In this document: positions 1 to 11,799 of the stretch, piece after piece | How positions within the stretch are numbered: position 1 is the first letter of the stretch | How the letters are laid out: each line of letters begins with the position of its first letter | Source of the DNA: Mobula hypostoma | Lineage: Eukaryota | DNA: 64,000 bases | Assembly (NCBI RefSeq): GCF_963921235.1 | Contig: NC_086106.1 | Coordinates: 22,630,001 to 22,694,000, forward strand | Direction of reading: 5' to 3' | The notes under the pieces: generated by a model | Database searches by the model: none | What the model was told of the DNA's origin: nothing | The model's input: the letters and a program-made list of their open reading frames with translations, nothing else | Position numbers and translations under genes: made by a program

Positions 1-1055
1 TTAAAATTTTCGACGCTTGCATTGAGTGGTAATTCTTGTTTTCCTCGATGAAAAAATACTTAGAGTATTATGTAGCTGTTGCGCATTTTCTTATGTCAAA
101 TATTTCTCGTATTCCTGTTCTGGGTAATGCTAATAATGTATGTGCGCTCGAGTGTACAGCATATTATTTCAATTGTCTTGCTACCTTTTGTAGATATGTT
201 TCGGTCGACAATTAATGCCAAAAGAAAAAAGGAACAACAAACGTCCATTAAAAGATACTTCTTTCTTTCACATTTAAACTCTGTTAGATACATTTTTATG
301 AGTCTTATAGGAAATTGTGTGGAAAGTATGCCCTTTATCAACACCATGGTCTATTTTGTTTGCTTAATGATATCCGATAGGATATTATGATTCATATTTG
401 TCCATCATTTTCATTTTATTTTGCTGCTCTGTTTTATATTCGACTTGACCTATTGCACCTGTTTTGTTTAATATACTAGATCTATCTAGTCGAACGTTGA
501 TGTTTATACAATTCGAAAATAGATCTCAAATTTCGATTAATTCCATTAGCTCTTCTGGTGTCGTTATCCATGTCGTTGTCTCCAGTTTGAATCCCCAAAC
601 TAAGACATTGTTGGCAGCACCAGTGGTTATGTCGAATGATTGGGGTTAATGCGTTGGAAACTAGAATATTGATAGAAAATTTTGCTGGAAATCAGGAAGC
701 GTATAGAAACAGCCTTGTCTTTACTTTAAGCCCCACTCAAAGTTGGAGCCCGTGCTTAGAGTACATGGATGTAGAGTAAAATGTGATCTGAGAGGAAAAT
801 TCCTTTCATCGAGTGTGGCGAGTAAGTGTATAGGCATGCTAAACAAATGGTTAAGAAGATACAAAACCTACAATGTAATAAGCACATGGAGGACGTGCTT
901 TTGAAGTGAAGTTGGTCTAACTTAGCAATTTCGGAAAATTTTGTTGCCAGCCATGTTTTCATGTTGTGAGTCGTCTACTTGGTCAGATGTGACAAATCAA
1001 TGTTGCATTACTCTGTCAATGAATCTACCTTCACGTCCCAAGCACTCTCATGCAT

Positions 1056-1328
1056 NNNNNNNNNNNNNNNNNNNNNNNNNNNNNNNNNNNNNNNNNNNNN
1101 NNNNNNNNNNNNNNNNNNNNNNNNNNNNNNNNNNNNNNNNNNNNNNNNNNNNNNNNNNNNNNNNNNNNNNNNNNNNNNNNNNNNNNNNNNNNNNNNNNNN
1201 NNNNNNNNNNNNNNNNNNNNNNNNNNNNNNNNNNNNNNNNNNNNNNNNNNNNNNNNNNNNNNNNNNNNNNNNNNNNNNNNNNNNNNNNNNNNNNNNNNNN
1301 NNNNNNNNNNNNNNNNNNNNNNNNNNNN
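1056..1328. other. Assembly gap (273 N)
   Basis: Run of N; ORFs that span it are artefacts. Confidence 0.99.
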
Positions 1329-1920
1329 CATATACTGAGTGCGGTCTAGAAATGGGGAGGGATGTTGAAACTAAAATATTGCTTCGGCCAGAGAAGCATG
1401 AAAAAACATTCCTCCATGTGGCACCTCACAACACAAGGACGAACATCGTGCAAATGTATTAGGGACGGTTCCCTAAATCCCATTTAGATTATCCTTTAAT
1501 CTATTGGCAAGCTTCAAATGCATATCTGAGAAATACAATATGAAATGCGAATCGGCAAAGTGGTTAGATGGACACGGTGCAGAGATATCATGGCTTAATT
1601 GTCTATTCCAAGATGATGGCATACCACGCTGACATTAGTTGAGAAACAGACAACGCCATTCAATGCAGGCGTTGAAAGATACCTAGTTCCCAATCATATG
1701 TGTCATCATCGTAAAGCAGATTCATAAGGTGCATTAGAGCGCATCGGAAAGACAAACACACTCGCATTAACCAAGACATCGCAACTGCAACTCAGATAAT
1801 TGCGCACCAAGAACCAGCAGATGTTATAACTTATAGCGGATCCTTTGCCACTGATAAGTACAAAATGGGATGCCCAGTCTCTTATTGCAACGATTAACCG
1901 TTTAATTACGTTTTTTTTTT

Positions 1921-2680
1921 TCGGATCGGGGCAGGGAGAGCGGCGTGAGAGCTGAATTCTGAAGGATGGCAGTTTTTTTATTTAACTACTTCGAGCGCAA
2001 GAAGGACGAGACTACGCAGGTGTGTGATGTTTACAGGACAGCGCGGAGAGATTAAAAAGAAGACCACCCTATACAGCGGGCAGCGGAGTGAATGGTAGCA
2101 GAGTGCAGGGCTTTGGCTCAACGGGCTTAGCCGGTAACGGGCAGAGGCGTGAGCGAGGCAACATTTTTTTTTTTTCCCGCTTGGTGAATTGGCCCGGACA
2201 GACAGATGAACAGCAGATCTCGCTCAGCTAACGGTACGTAATCAATCTCTCTTGTTCAGGTCCCACCAGCCCCAGAAGAGTTCCCAATGATGCTGAAATC
2301 GGAAACCCTGCCTCCTATACCAGTTCCTCAGCCACGTGTTCATCCGCCAGAGCATCCTATTCTTACCCTGACTGGCAGGTGGCACAGGTACCAATCCTGA
2401 GATTACCACCCTCAACTTCTTTATTTTTAAGTTCCTATCAAGCTGTCTATACTCACTCGTCAGGACACCCTGACTCCATCTTCCTACGTCATTCATACAG
2501 ATGTGCACCATGACATAAGGCTGATCACCCTTCCACTTCAGAATGCTGTGGACCCGATCGGAGATATCCCTAACCCTGGCACCCGGGAGGCAACAGACCA
2601 TACGGGAGTCTCTGTCACGACCACATAACATCCTTTCCGTTCCTCTAACTATCTAGTCCCCTATCACTAACTGTCTCCTA
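1921..2680. mobile_element. CR1 LINE fragments: probable 5' UTR (+, ~1921-2200) next to an ORF1 SGNH-esterase fragment (-)
   Basis: ORF 2242-2631(-) MLCGRDRDSRMVCCLPGARVRDISDRVHSIL..VMVHICMNDVGR matches the GDSL/SGNH domain of CR1 ORF1 and the copy at 24206-24682. The 5' UTR assignment rests on recalled similarity only. Confidence 0.75.
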
Positions 2681-2789
2681 TTAATGAGATTAAGAGAATC
2701 GTTCCTGAACAATCAGATCTCCTGGCAGTTTTTAGAATTAGAAGGGCTACCTCGCTCACCCAAATCAGGATTGTTGTTTTAAATTATTG

Positions 2790-3060
2790 CCGGGTTTCTG
2801 CACATCAAGAGGGAGGCTGTCCTACATACCTGGTCCCGAGGGGTTGGCTTTAGATGATTATATCAAAGAAGCGCTGACAACGGAGTTTAGCAGACCTTCA
2901 ACTTCCAATAAAGAGGCCTGGTTTTCCTTTGTCACAAAGAAGAACGGCAGCGTTAGTTAATGTTTTGATCATCGGGATCTAAACACAATTACCATTAAAA
3001 TTAACCTTTGAATTATTGTAAGTGGCCTTTTTCACTAAACTGGTTCTCAGGAATGCAGAC
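2790..3060 (+). mobile_element. Degenerate Ty3/Gypsy reverse-transcriptase fragment
   Basis: Decayed RPSTS..AWFSFVTKKNGS...DHRDLNTITIK, resembling the Gypsy RT motif [31 protein letters not shown]; contains stops. Confidence 0.7.
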
Positions 3061-3189
3061 AATTTAATTCTTATTCTTCGTGTTGATTAATTAATTATCG
3101 ATCACATTCCCTCCGACACGAAATTCTGAACCAACTGTTATTTTGCACAACCTTTCTATTTTTCGTCTGTTTAGCACGTGGCATGAGTA

Positions 3190-4350
3190 GTCATAGCCAT
3201 ACTTTTTTGATCCCGCGGGAAATTGGCTTTCGTTACTGCTGCACCATAAATAATAAATATTAATAGAATCATAAATAGTTAAACAGTAATATGTAAAGTA
3301 TGCCAGTAAATTATGAAATAAGTCCAGAACCAGTCTATCGGCTCAAGGTGCCTGACCTTCCAAGGGAGGAGTTGTAAAGTCTGATGGCCACAGGCAGGAA
3401 TGCCTTCCTATGACGCTCTGTGCTGCATTCCGGTGGAATGAGTCTCTGGTTGAATATACTCCTGTGCCACCCAGCACATTATGTAGTGGATGGGAGACAT
3501 TGACCAAGATAGCATGCAACTTATACGGCATCCAAGACCGTCTCCTGTGGAGCCCGAGTGCTGCTGATCACTCTGTCGGAGACACAGTGTTGCAAGCACA
3601 CGTACTGTGGTCTGCCAGTCAGATAATCAAGAATCCATAATACCAGGGAAGCATCACCTGCATCGCTGTCAGCTTCTCCCCCAGCAGAGCAGGGCGGATG
3701 GTGTTGAACACACTGGAAAAGTCAAAAAACATGACCCTCACAGTGCTCGCTGGCTTGTCCAGGTGGGCGTAGACACGGTTCAGAAGGTAGACGATGGCAT
3801 CCTCAACTCCTAGTCGGGGCTGATAGGCGAACTGGACGGGATCTAAGTGTGGCCTGACCATGGGCCGAAGCATCTCCAGAGCAAGTCTCTCCAGGGTCTT
3901 CATGATGTGGGAGGTCAATGCCACCGGTCTGTAGTCACTGAGGCCGCCGAGGCGCGGCGTATTCAGCACAGGGACAAGGCAGGACGTCTTCCACAGTACA
4001 GGAACCTTCCGGAGCCTCAGGCTCAGGTTGAATACATGGCGAAGTACTCCACATAGCTGAGGGACACAGGCTTTGAGCACCCTGGTACTAACACCATCCG
4101 GTACTACAGCCTTGCTTGGGTTGACACGTTTCAGCTGTCTTCTCACCTGTTCAGCCGTGGAGCCCATTGTTGTGGTTTCGTGTGGGCGAGTGGTATAGTG
4201 AAGAGAGCAGGGTGGGGGACTGTGAGGAGGAGCAGGAGGGGAGAGTGGAGTATGTTTTGGTTGGGGACCGACAACAGATTGCTCATGTGGGGGATGGGCA
4301 GGGGTCAAAATGTCAAATCTGTTTAAAAACAGGTTAAGTTTGCTGGCCAT
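3190..4350 (-). mobile_element. Rex1/Babar-type LINE, internally deleted (RT plus 3' end)
   Basis: ORF 3619-4350(-): PDGVSTRVLKAC..DYRPVALTSHIMKTLERL..DPVQFAYQPRLGVEDAI..VRVMFFDFSSVFNTI; C-terminal remnant HPLHNVL at 3343-3531. Confidence 0.9.
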
Positions 4351-4369
4351 GTCCTAAACCAATCTTAAA

Positions 4370-5050
4370 GTTACAACATTGAAGATCCATCACTTTAATA
4401 TAATAGCTAATTCCATGATCGTTCTTTGCATAACCTCATCATTTTTTCCTGTGTTAGAGGTACCTGCATGGAACACAGCCTCTAGCCGCTCACCCTCTCA
4501 CTTAAGAACGGTAAGGTCTCAATCTGAAAGATCCCACACTCTGGCAGTTGGGAGACCGAAAATACTATCCAAACCCTCCTTATAGTTCACAGAACCTTTT
4601 TTTTTTGTCAATTCTGTTAAGTAGGTGTCGCAATCATCACCAGTGTTCGCCACTTCGACACCGCCCCAACTTTCCTTCTAAGGTATAGAGCGAGACACAC
4701 TGCCGGAGACCTGACCGCTCTGACGTTTCACTGCTCGATCATAAACTCCAAAGTATCTTAAAGTGATACGTTGTTTGCAGAGGGGAATGGGCGTCGAATG
4801 CTGCTGTTTAACCCATTTCATTTTCTTCGCTGTCAACGAGTCTCCCAAATCTTGTATGTCCTATCAATTACCTCCTCTCTCGCCCTGATATTTCAGAGTT
4901 CTTCAATAAAATTCGGTTCAACCTCCTAAACGGGGTGTGTCCCAAGCTGCAGGTGGATGTATTTCTGCGGATGTAGTCGTCAGGCAGAGTGGAAGTCTCC
5001 CTGCCTTTCCGCATCGCGCAAGAGAAGCTTTCAGTTATCATGCCTGGAAT
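4370..5050 (-). mobile_element. Decayed CR1 ORF1 N-terminal fragment
   Basis: ORF 4868-5116(-) contains RETSTLPDDYI, like the CR1 ORF1 zinc-finger region (compare LPDYCTCGIC at 59560-59850). Confidence 0.6.
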
Positions 5051-6726
5051 CGCCATTGGTCTAATTAAATATAAAGACAAAAAAAAAACAACATTTGTAA
5101 TGTAGAAATAAACCACTTGCAGCTCTTTCTCCTTCCACCGTCATCTTAAGCTCCTCAATCCCTATTGGCCGCTACCCAAAGCCACGGGGCAATACGGTAA
5201 TTCGAAGCCCTAAATTTCTCATACATTCAACTCTCAAGTAGAAAAGTACAGGATTGTACATAGCAAACATTTGCTAAAAATTACAAAACAAAAAAAAAAT
5301 AAATGAATAAAAATAAAATTAAAAAAATATATACTGGAATATGTCCGTGCACTGACCTTGTCAGGTCAGTAAACATCTATGGTGAGGAATAAATGAGATT
5401 TAGCAATATAACGACAGTGCTTAGCAAATTATGCGAGATATCGCGTTGTTGGAAAAGCACATTGTCTTCTTGACATAAGGAAAATAACACATATATCAGA
5501 GTGATTATTTTTTCAAACATCCCAGGATATTCCATAACTGTTTTACAGTCCCGCTTGCTGGGCACATTTTACAAAGTATGCCTTGCACGTGAGGCTGGAC
5601 AAATGCGGGAAAAATCCAGATTTGATATCAAATCTTGCAGGCTACAAACTGGTCAATCGGAAGATCAGTTATTGCTTTCAAGCTTGCACATTGCCTCGCT
5701 TATTGTTTTGTCTGAAACAAATGAGAACACATTGCGAAAGCTGACGAAAGCATGGAGCAGAAGAAGTGTTAGCGAATCTTTGCTTCCTCTGTCCGAATTT
5801 TGTGGCCACGTATTATGAAGGGGACATGTAGTGCCGTTCAGGGCAATGCACAGGAGAGTTCTCTCTGATGTGAAAAGAGACAAAGTGAAAGAAATTGCAA
5901 AGGAAGCGAAGCCTTTCAAATGCTGAAAAGGAAGTGAACGAATGAAGATTGAGTGCCTGCAGTGAAATACCTCTCGGACAAGTTGGTTTGGGAAGGGAGC
6001 TAGCTGATTGCTCCCATATCAATATAGAGGGATGCACTTTTTAGATTCCATATGATTGTGTAGAATGCTGAATACAGTCTTCATTGATGAAAATATATCT
6101 TTAGTATTTCTGTCTGTTTATCGTATAAAATGTTATCTCTGTTACTCATCCATCTCCTTCAGTCGTTAGTGGTGGCGTTTTAAGCGCATTGAAGTGTACA
6201 TAGCGTCCTTCGAAACTTTTGTCATTTTTGCTCTTTTTTTTTTCTGTCCTGAAGTTTCAAGATAGGTTTCTTAGAAAACTAATATTACAAATTAATATAC
6301 TAATGTGGTTATAGCTACAGTGCTTGTTGCCTTTGTTATCTGCTTTACTCTGAAGCTCTGTTGGGAAGATTGTCTTAGGCCTGTAGTTTATTTTGCCAAA
6401 AGGTTTCAATTCATCGGACAATGATCTGCTGTCCTTGCTTCCTCTGCTCCGATATTCTTAGATATGTTGTATTCATCTATCGGTGGTATTGCAGTTTTTT
6501 TTCGATTATTTAGCGATATATTGCGCCTTCTTTAATCTTAATGTCTTCAGTTGTTGAATGCGAGGTTTGTACTTAGGTCTTTAGAAAATAGCGCGGCTAT
6601 TTGAATAATTTGTTTTAGCTTTACAGTAAAAAGATGCGTATATGTTCAAATCGTCCATTTTTAAAAGGACCACACATCAAAGTTGCTGGTGAATGCAGCA
6701 GGCCAGACAGCATCTCTTGGAAGAGA

Positions 6727-6765
6727 TACTGTCGACGTTTCGGGCCGAGACCCTTCGTCGGGACT
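6727..6765 (-). ncRNA. Minimal type I hammerhead motif with a mutated core (CCGACGA)
   Basis: Minus strand AGTC-CCGACGA-A-GGGTCTCGGCCC-GAAAC-GTC/GAC; U4->C substitution in the CUGANGA box. Confidence 0.65.
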
Positions 6766-7047
6766 TAGAAACGACATATGGCTGTGATAGCGACTCCGAG
6801 TCAAAATGTGGTCGAAAAGTTGAAGAGCCGAAGAAATTACAGATGGGAAGCAGTGACAGATGGTTTCACTGAACTCCCGTCGAAGAGAAGATTTAAGCTT
6901 CTTCAGTGTAGGCATCACGACAGAGGCTTCGCAGTAGTGAATTTAAAAAAGTAAACATGAGGAATTCTGCAGGTGCTGGAAATTCAAGCAACACACATCA
7001 AAGTTGTTGGTGAACGCAGCAGGCCAGACAGCATCTCCTGGAAGAGG

Positions 7048-7085
7048 TACTGTCGACTTTTCGGGCCGAGACCCTTCGTCAATCC
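7048..7085 (-). ncRNA. Degenerate minimal hammerhead motif
   Basis: Minus strand GGAT-TGACGA-A-GGGTCTCGGCCC-GAAAA-GTC/GAC; C3 is lost and the ACGU palindrome is broken. Confidence 0.55.
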
Positions 7086-7194
7086 TTTGATGTGTGTTGC
7101 TTGAATTTCCAGCATCTGCAGAATTTATAGAAGGATATCTGATTACAGGGTATTTTGAGTCTCGAAGCATCGAGAATCATGTTCCTGATTACAG

Positions 7195-7915
7195 AGCCAA
7201 GGCAGAGACAGTAACATGATACACAGAGCCGCGACACCTCCTTGCAAACAGGATGTAGGGCCGGGACTCATAAACAGAACACAGAGCCGGGATTCCTCCT
7301 TGGGTGCATGACGTAGGGCCGGGACTCATTAGACAGAATGCAGAATACCACGAGACGGTTCCGAACACATGATGGCCGCAGACGGCCGTACCTACCAGGC
7401 GAAAGCGTGGATACAGACGGTTCCCAACAGTAGACAGCTGCAAACGGCCGGACTTAACTGATGAAGGCGTGGATACAGACAGTTCCCAATATTAGGTAGA
7501 GGCAATCGGCCGGACCTACCTAGTGAATTGGTGGACACTGAGACAGTTCAAAAAAACGGTAGAGAGTTCCTTATGTACTCCAGCAATGAAGTAGATAGCG
7601 GTGCAGGCGAGGGTTACAGGCGAGGCAAGTAGAGGCAAGTATTCAGACGAGGCAAGGTGAGGCGAGAGAAAGCTACAGACGAGGCAAGGCTTCAGGTGTG
7701 GCAACAGGAAGATCGGAAACAGAAGGCATTCAGACAGGGAGTATGGAAAGGAACAATCCAGCACCCCGAGGCTGTATCCTGAAGGTATTTATGAAGTCCG
7801 CCCAAACGAAAATCAGCTTCCTCAACAGAAACTGAGGAAAATCGGAATACCTGGAGTAATCCACATGGACCGAACTGTGAAACGGAATGCGGATTTCACG
7901 GACCGGCTAATGTCA
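7195..7915 (-). mobile_element. Truncated copy of the long Gypsy-type LTR family (see 16977 and 37393)
   Basis: Shares acagagccgggactc, gtggatacagac(a/g)gttccc and gacgaggcaagg repeats and the cagcttcctcaacag block with the two complete solo LTRs. Confidence 0.8.
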
Positions 7916-10200
7916 CTTTGTTTCGCCAGGCCAGCTATTTTCACTCACCTCTTCTTCTCTTCTGCCTCTCATATATTTTTTTTTGTGTCACAAGCTGACA
8001 GCGCTCCTACCTCTAGAAGACGACCATTACTTGTGGATTGTGCATCCAAGTCCCTGGCGGCCGAACTGGATTGCCACAACCGTCTCCTTGTGCTTCAAAT
8101 TAGACTCTGCCTCATCAACTGCTGCACAGGCTGACTACTTCCTGCCTGATCTCACATCCGGCTGGGTGTTCCTGATTACAGGGTATTTTGAGTCTGGAAG
8201 CATCAAGAAAGATCTTACCGTAGCTACCTTGACCTCTTCAACAAGGGATACCATTGGGTTGGTAAGATTTGTCTGGCTACTGTGGACTGCAACATTAGTG
8301 AGGCTGCTCGGTACTCCAAGCCAGTTCTTCACATACTTGTTGATTTCCCGTTCCATTGCTTCAACATGGGATATTGCCACTTCTTATACATTTAATGGCC
8401 ATATTATCCGTGGCAGCAGTCCGTACTGCAAGCACCACAACTTCAACTTCCAAGCAAGCCACCCTTGTCAATAGACCTCTGGCCGATGCTGATCTTTTCT
8501 CCTGTCTCTTGAGCCCTGTTGGCGTGTCTCAGCTCCTCTGTGTACCATCGCCCGAAGCTCTTAACTGGTTGGTCCTGAATGGATTGAATCACCTCTCCAC
8601 AGAGGGTGAAATTAAAGTTAACGAGCTTTCCTTTCCTAAGAACAAGGCTCCTTGACTTCTTGGTCTTTAACTTCGTTCTTACCCAACCTATTAGCTCCTC
8701 GAATCTAGATAGTATATTCTCCACTGCTTCAGTGCTTGGACCCAAAAAGGGTGAGATCGTCCATGAACGCTTGTATTGATGGCAATTTCCCAACGCCATC
8801 AAGTGCGACACCTGGTCCCACTAATTGTGTAGCCTTCACTATGACCTCCATGGCTAAAAAACAAAAAAAAAAGGGTGAATTCGCACATCCTATTCGGATT
8901 TCGACGTCCAAGCGCTGCCACCTAGTTGTAAACTACTGAGTGGAAAACCTCATCCGCAAATCGTTGTAGTGCTGCATAACAAAGTTCCTCACCTTACAAG
9001 GAATCCATAGGAATTCCATCGCAAACTGAATCAGGACAAGGGGAGCAGAACCATACGCATTTTCAAGGTCAAGCCAAGCTACAGCCAGATTTCTTCTCAA
9101 CCTTTTCGACTCCTAGATGGTATGCCATATACTAGAATGTTCAGGGCATCCCGGGAAGGTTGGTATTCCTGCCTTCTGCAGAGATGTATTTACCAATCCC
9201 TCTCTATCACAGATGAAGATTTTTTTTTTTTTCTGCCAGAATGCCAAACATAATTCTCCCCTCTACATTCAGGAGTGAAATTGGTCGGAACTGGTTCAAT
9301 GCAGTAGAATTCTCTTACTTCCGGATGTATGCTCCTTCAGAATCACTCCATGACAAAGGAACAACACCTTGTCTCCACACCACATTTAACAATATCCACA
9401 AGTATTTCCTCAGCTCTTCACACTTCCTGAACACTTTTTTACGGCACTCCATTAGTTTCTGGCACTGAGCCTGACCTTGACTTTCTGATAAACCGTTCGA
9501 CCTCTGCCAATTTGGGTTCTGACAGTTCGAACGTCACTCCTGGTTTGGTAGGACTCACAAGCCCTGGAATATCAGGCAAAGGCCACTCCCGCTATTCGTT
9601 AGAGTAAGTGCTTGCCAGGTGATCCTCAAGTTCTTGTTGAGAGATGTTAAGCTTCCCGCTCTTACTTTGTTCAAAGAGTTTCTTTCTGAAGTCGTGAGGG
9701 TTCTAAAAGAACGATTTTATTGCCTTCTCTCTCTTCTTTCTCTATTTACGTTGTGACTCCGCAGGACGGAGCGATGCTAACTTTATTCGAAATGTTCCCG
9801 GAGCACAACAAGCCCTGGCTTGCCACCCTTACTTGCAACCTTCCACCTCTGTCTCAACGATCTAAGCTCTCTCCTCAACCTACTAATCTCCTTCTGGCAC
9901 CTGCTGGGATGCTGTGTAGGCTTTGCTTTGTTCAGCTCAAACAAACCAAACCTGTACTTGCAACATCGTAAATCATATCGCCCATCACTTCCAACTTTCT
10001 CTATAATGTGCACCTGAGAGCGTTCTCCAATATTATACAGTACTGATATCCTCATCAAACACGCGCCAAGCCTTATCACCTGCCATCGCTGTCCACTATA
10101 CCTTCCACTTCTTCTCTCCCTTTTCACCATCGCCATCATGTGAAGGATCTACGTGGGTACTGTGGTCTGAAATCTGACCTTAATTTCTGCTTTACATTCA
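7916..10200 (-). mobile_element. Degenerate RLE-type (R2 superfamily, HERO-like) non-LTR retrotransposon
   Basis: Minus-strand pieces: QKEISRLRRELRSLRQRWK (9783-10139); IQAFMDDLT (RT motif, ~8750); KTKKSRSLVLRKGK..FGRWY (8443-8811); KNWLGVP..QPDVRSGRK (8135-8380); AVDEAESNLKHKE..GRQGLG (~8050). Multiple stops and frameshifts. Confidence 0.75.
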
Positions 10201-11799
10201 CCCAACTACCTGACATACACAGTTCCGAATGACAAACAATTCCACGTCCTAGATTTTTCCACAATGGGAAACAACTTTTCCCTATCTACTCCATCTGATC
10301 CCTTCAACATTCGGAAAGTTTCAGTGAGATCACTCCTTATCCTTCGAACTTTCAACGATTACAGACTCAGAGTCACTGAGCGTTCGTCATATGATAACAG
10401 TTTATTTCATGGAATCATCCTTCTGAACTTCCTGTGGATTTTCTCCAATGCCAGCAGATCTCTTCTAATAAGAGCAGTCCCAAACCGTATACCATATTTA
10501 AGGTGAGGCCTGACCAACATCTTGTAAATCTTCAACAACACATCCCTGACATATAGCTTTTTTGATAAGAAATACACTTTTCAAGTTAAATTTTCTATTT
10601 TGAATTAGAGCTGCGAAGCGTCTTAGTTGTCTTGTCAAGGTTACTTTCTCCCTAAGGTCGGTGGTTTAACGTCAAATCTCCATTGACGCATGTCTCATTG
10701 AGAAACGTCTCCTGTTATTGCTCTTCATCACATTAAATCTCAGTTTCCAATTCCTCCCCAATAATATTACATCCTTTAACATTTGGCTGTTGCATTGAAC
10801 GATGTCAGTTACGTTACAGAAGTTAATGGTAATTTGAAAAACGTTTTGTTTTTACAACGTTGGTTAGAATAGAGTCGCCAAGAATTATTGCAACTATTGG
10901 TATTCGAAATATTCAATTAAAAATAAAATACTACATTCTAAATATTATGCTGAGATGGAGCAGTGTTGTTCTGCAGCCTTTATTATATTTTGCTGACATG
11001 AGTGAAAGCTGGCTGACGATTTTACGTTCACCGGAGGGAGAATTTGTAGTCCTTAATAAGTAAGAGACGTCAGGTAGTAGAACCTCCGTCCTCTAAGAAC
11101 CTGTCCAAAACGTGACTCAATATAAGCGACAGGAGTCCATGGTGCAGCAGATATTTGGAGAAACTCAGCCGAGAATAAACCTGAAAAACAATGAAGTGCA
11201 AACTAGAGGGCACTATGAAACATTATCATGCAGTCCACCGATTTGCGTCCATTCCGCACCAGAAGAATCAGTCTGTTGAACTTTATGTTTACTTTGTAAA
11301 AGTTACTTAATGGACCAAAATTCATATTTGTGGTCAGCGACCCGTTCTCAGACAGAGGGCAGATAGATTGTAGGTGTTTTTCATCCGTAGTATGAGAGAT
11401 TCCAGAAAATTCTGCCATGATATCATATTTCACGTATGTGTTTTTTTTTTTCTGTTGTTTTATTTTGCTTTCAGACAGCAGGACATTTCGCCTGCCTCAG
11501 CCTCACGCCACCACAAAGCGCTCAGGATCATTTGTACTCAGGGTATTTTGATAGAGAAGGAACGTTTCTTATACTAACTAGGAACTGTTCCTTACGTAAA
11601 ATTAGATTGTGCTTTCATATTATTATTATTATTTTATGTTGGAAGTATTTCTAGCTCTGTGCAATCGAACTGCTTATTCTGGGAGAACTATCTGACTGAT
11701 TTTATCTTTCATGTGAAGTTGCTGTTAGTTTGTAGTTCCTGCAACATTTTTTTTTTGTCTTGTTCTAAATATAGTTGGAAATATTGGTACCTACCCTGA

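Larger units (their letters stand above)
6668..7125 (-). mobile_element. Internally deleted Penelope-like element: two terminal repeats around the probable start of the PLE ORF, plus a 41-bp inverted repeat
   Basis: Direct repeats acacatcaaagttg(c/t)tggtgaa(t/c)gcagcaggccagacagcatctc..gtcgac(g/t)tttcgggccgagacccttcgtc at ~6670-6760 and ~6992-7080. Arms 6963-7003 and 7085-7125 are inverted (40/41 identical). The spacer encodes MPTLKKLKSSLRREFSETICHC.. The same terminal motif follows a GIY-YIG tail at 20093-20740. Confidence 0.8.

Noticed and set aside
1056-1328. N gaps (273 and 131 nt) that might hide a V exon or other segment
   Set aside because: The flanks show no leader, RSS or V framework on either strand; content cannot be assessed.
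1-1920. Unassigned unique sequence with short ORFs at the window start
   Set aside because: No recognisable domain, repeat or splice pattern; the ORFs are consistent with chance in AT-rich DNA.
11475-11594. Good + strand splice acceptor followed by an open frame (TAGHFACL..YFDREGTFLILT)
   Set aside because: No FGxG J motif, no RSS, weak donor and no recognisable homology.
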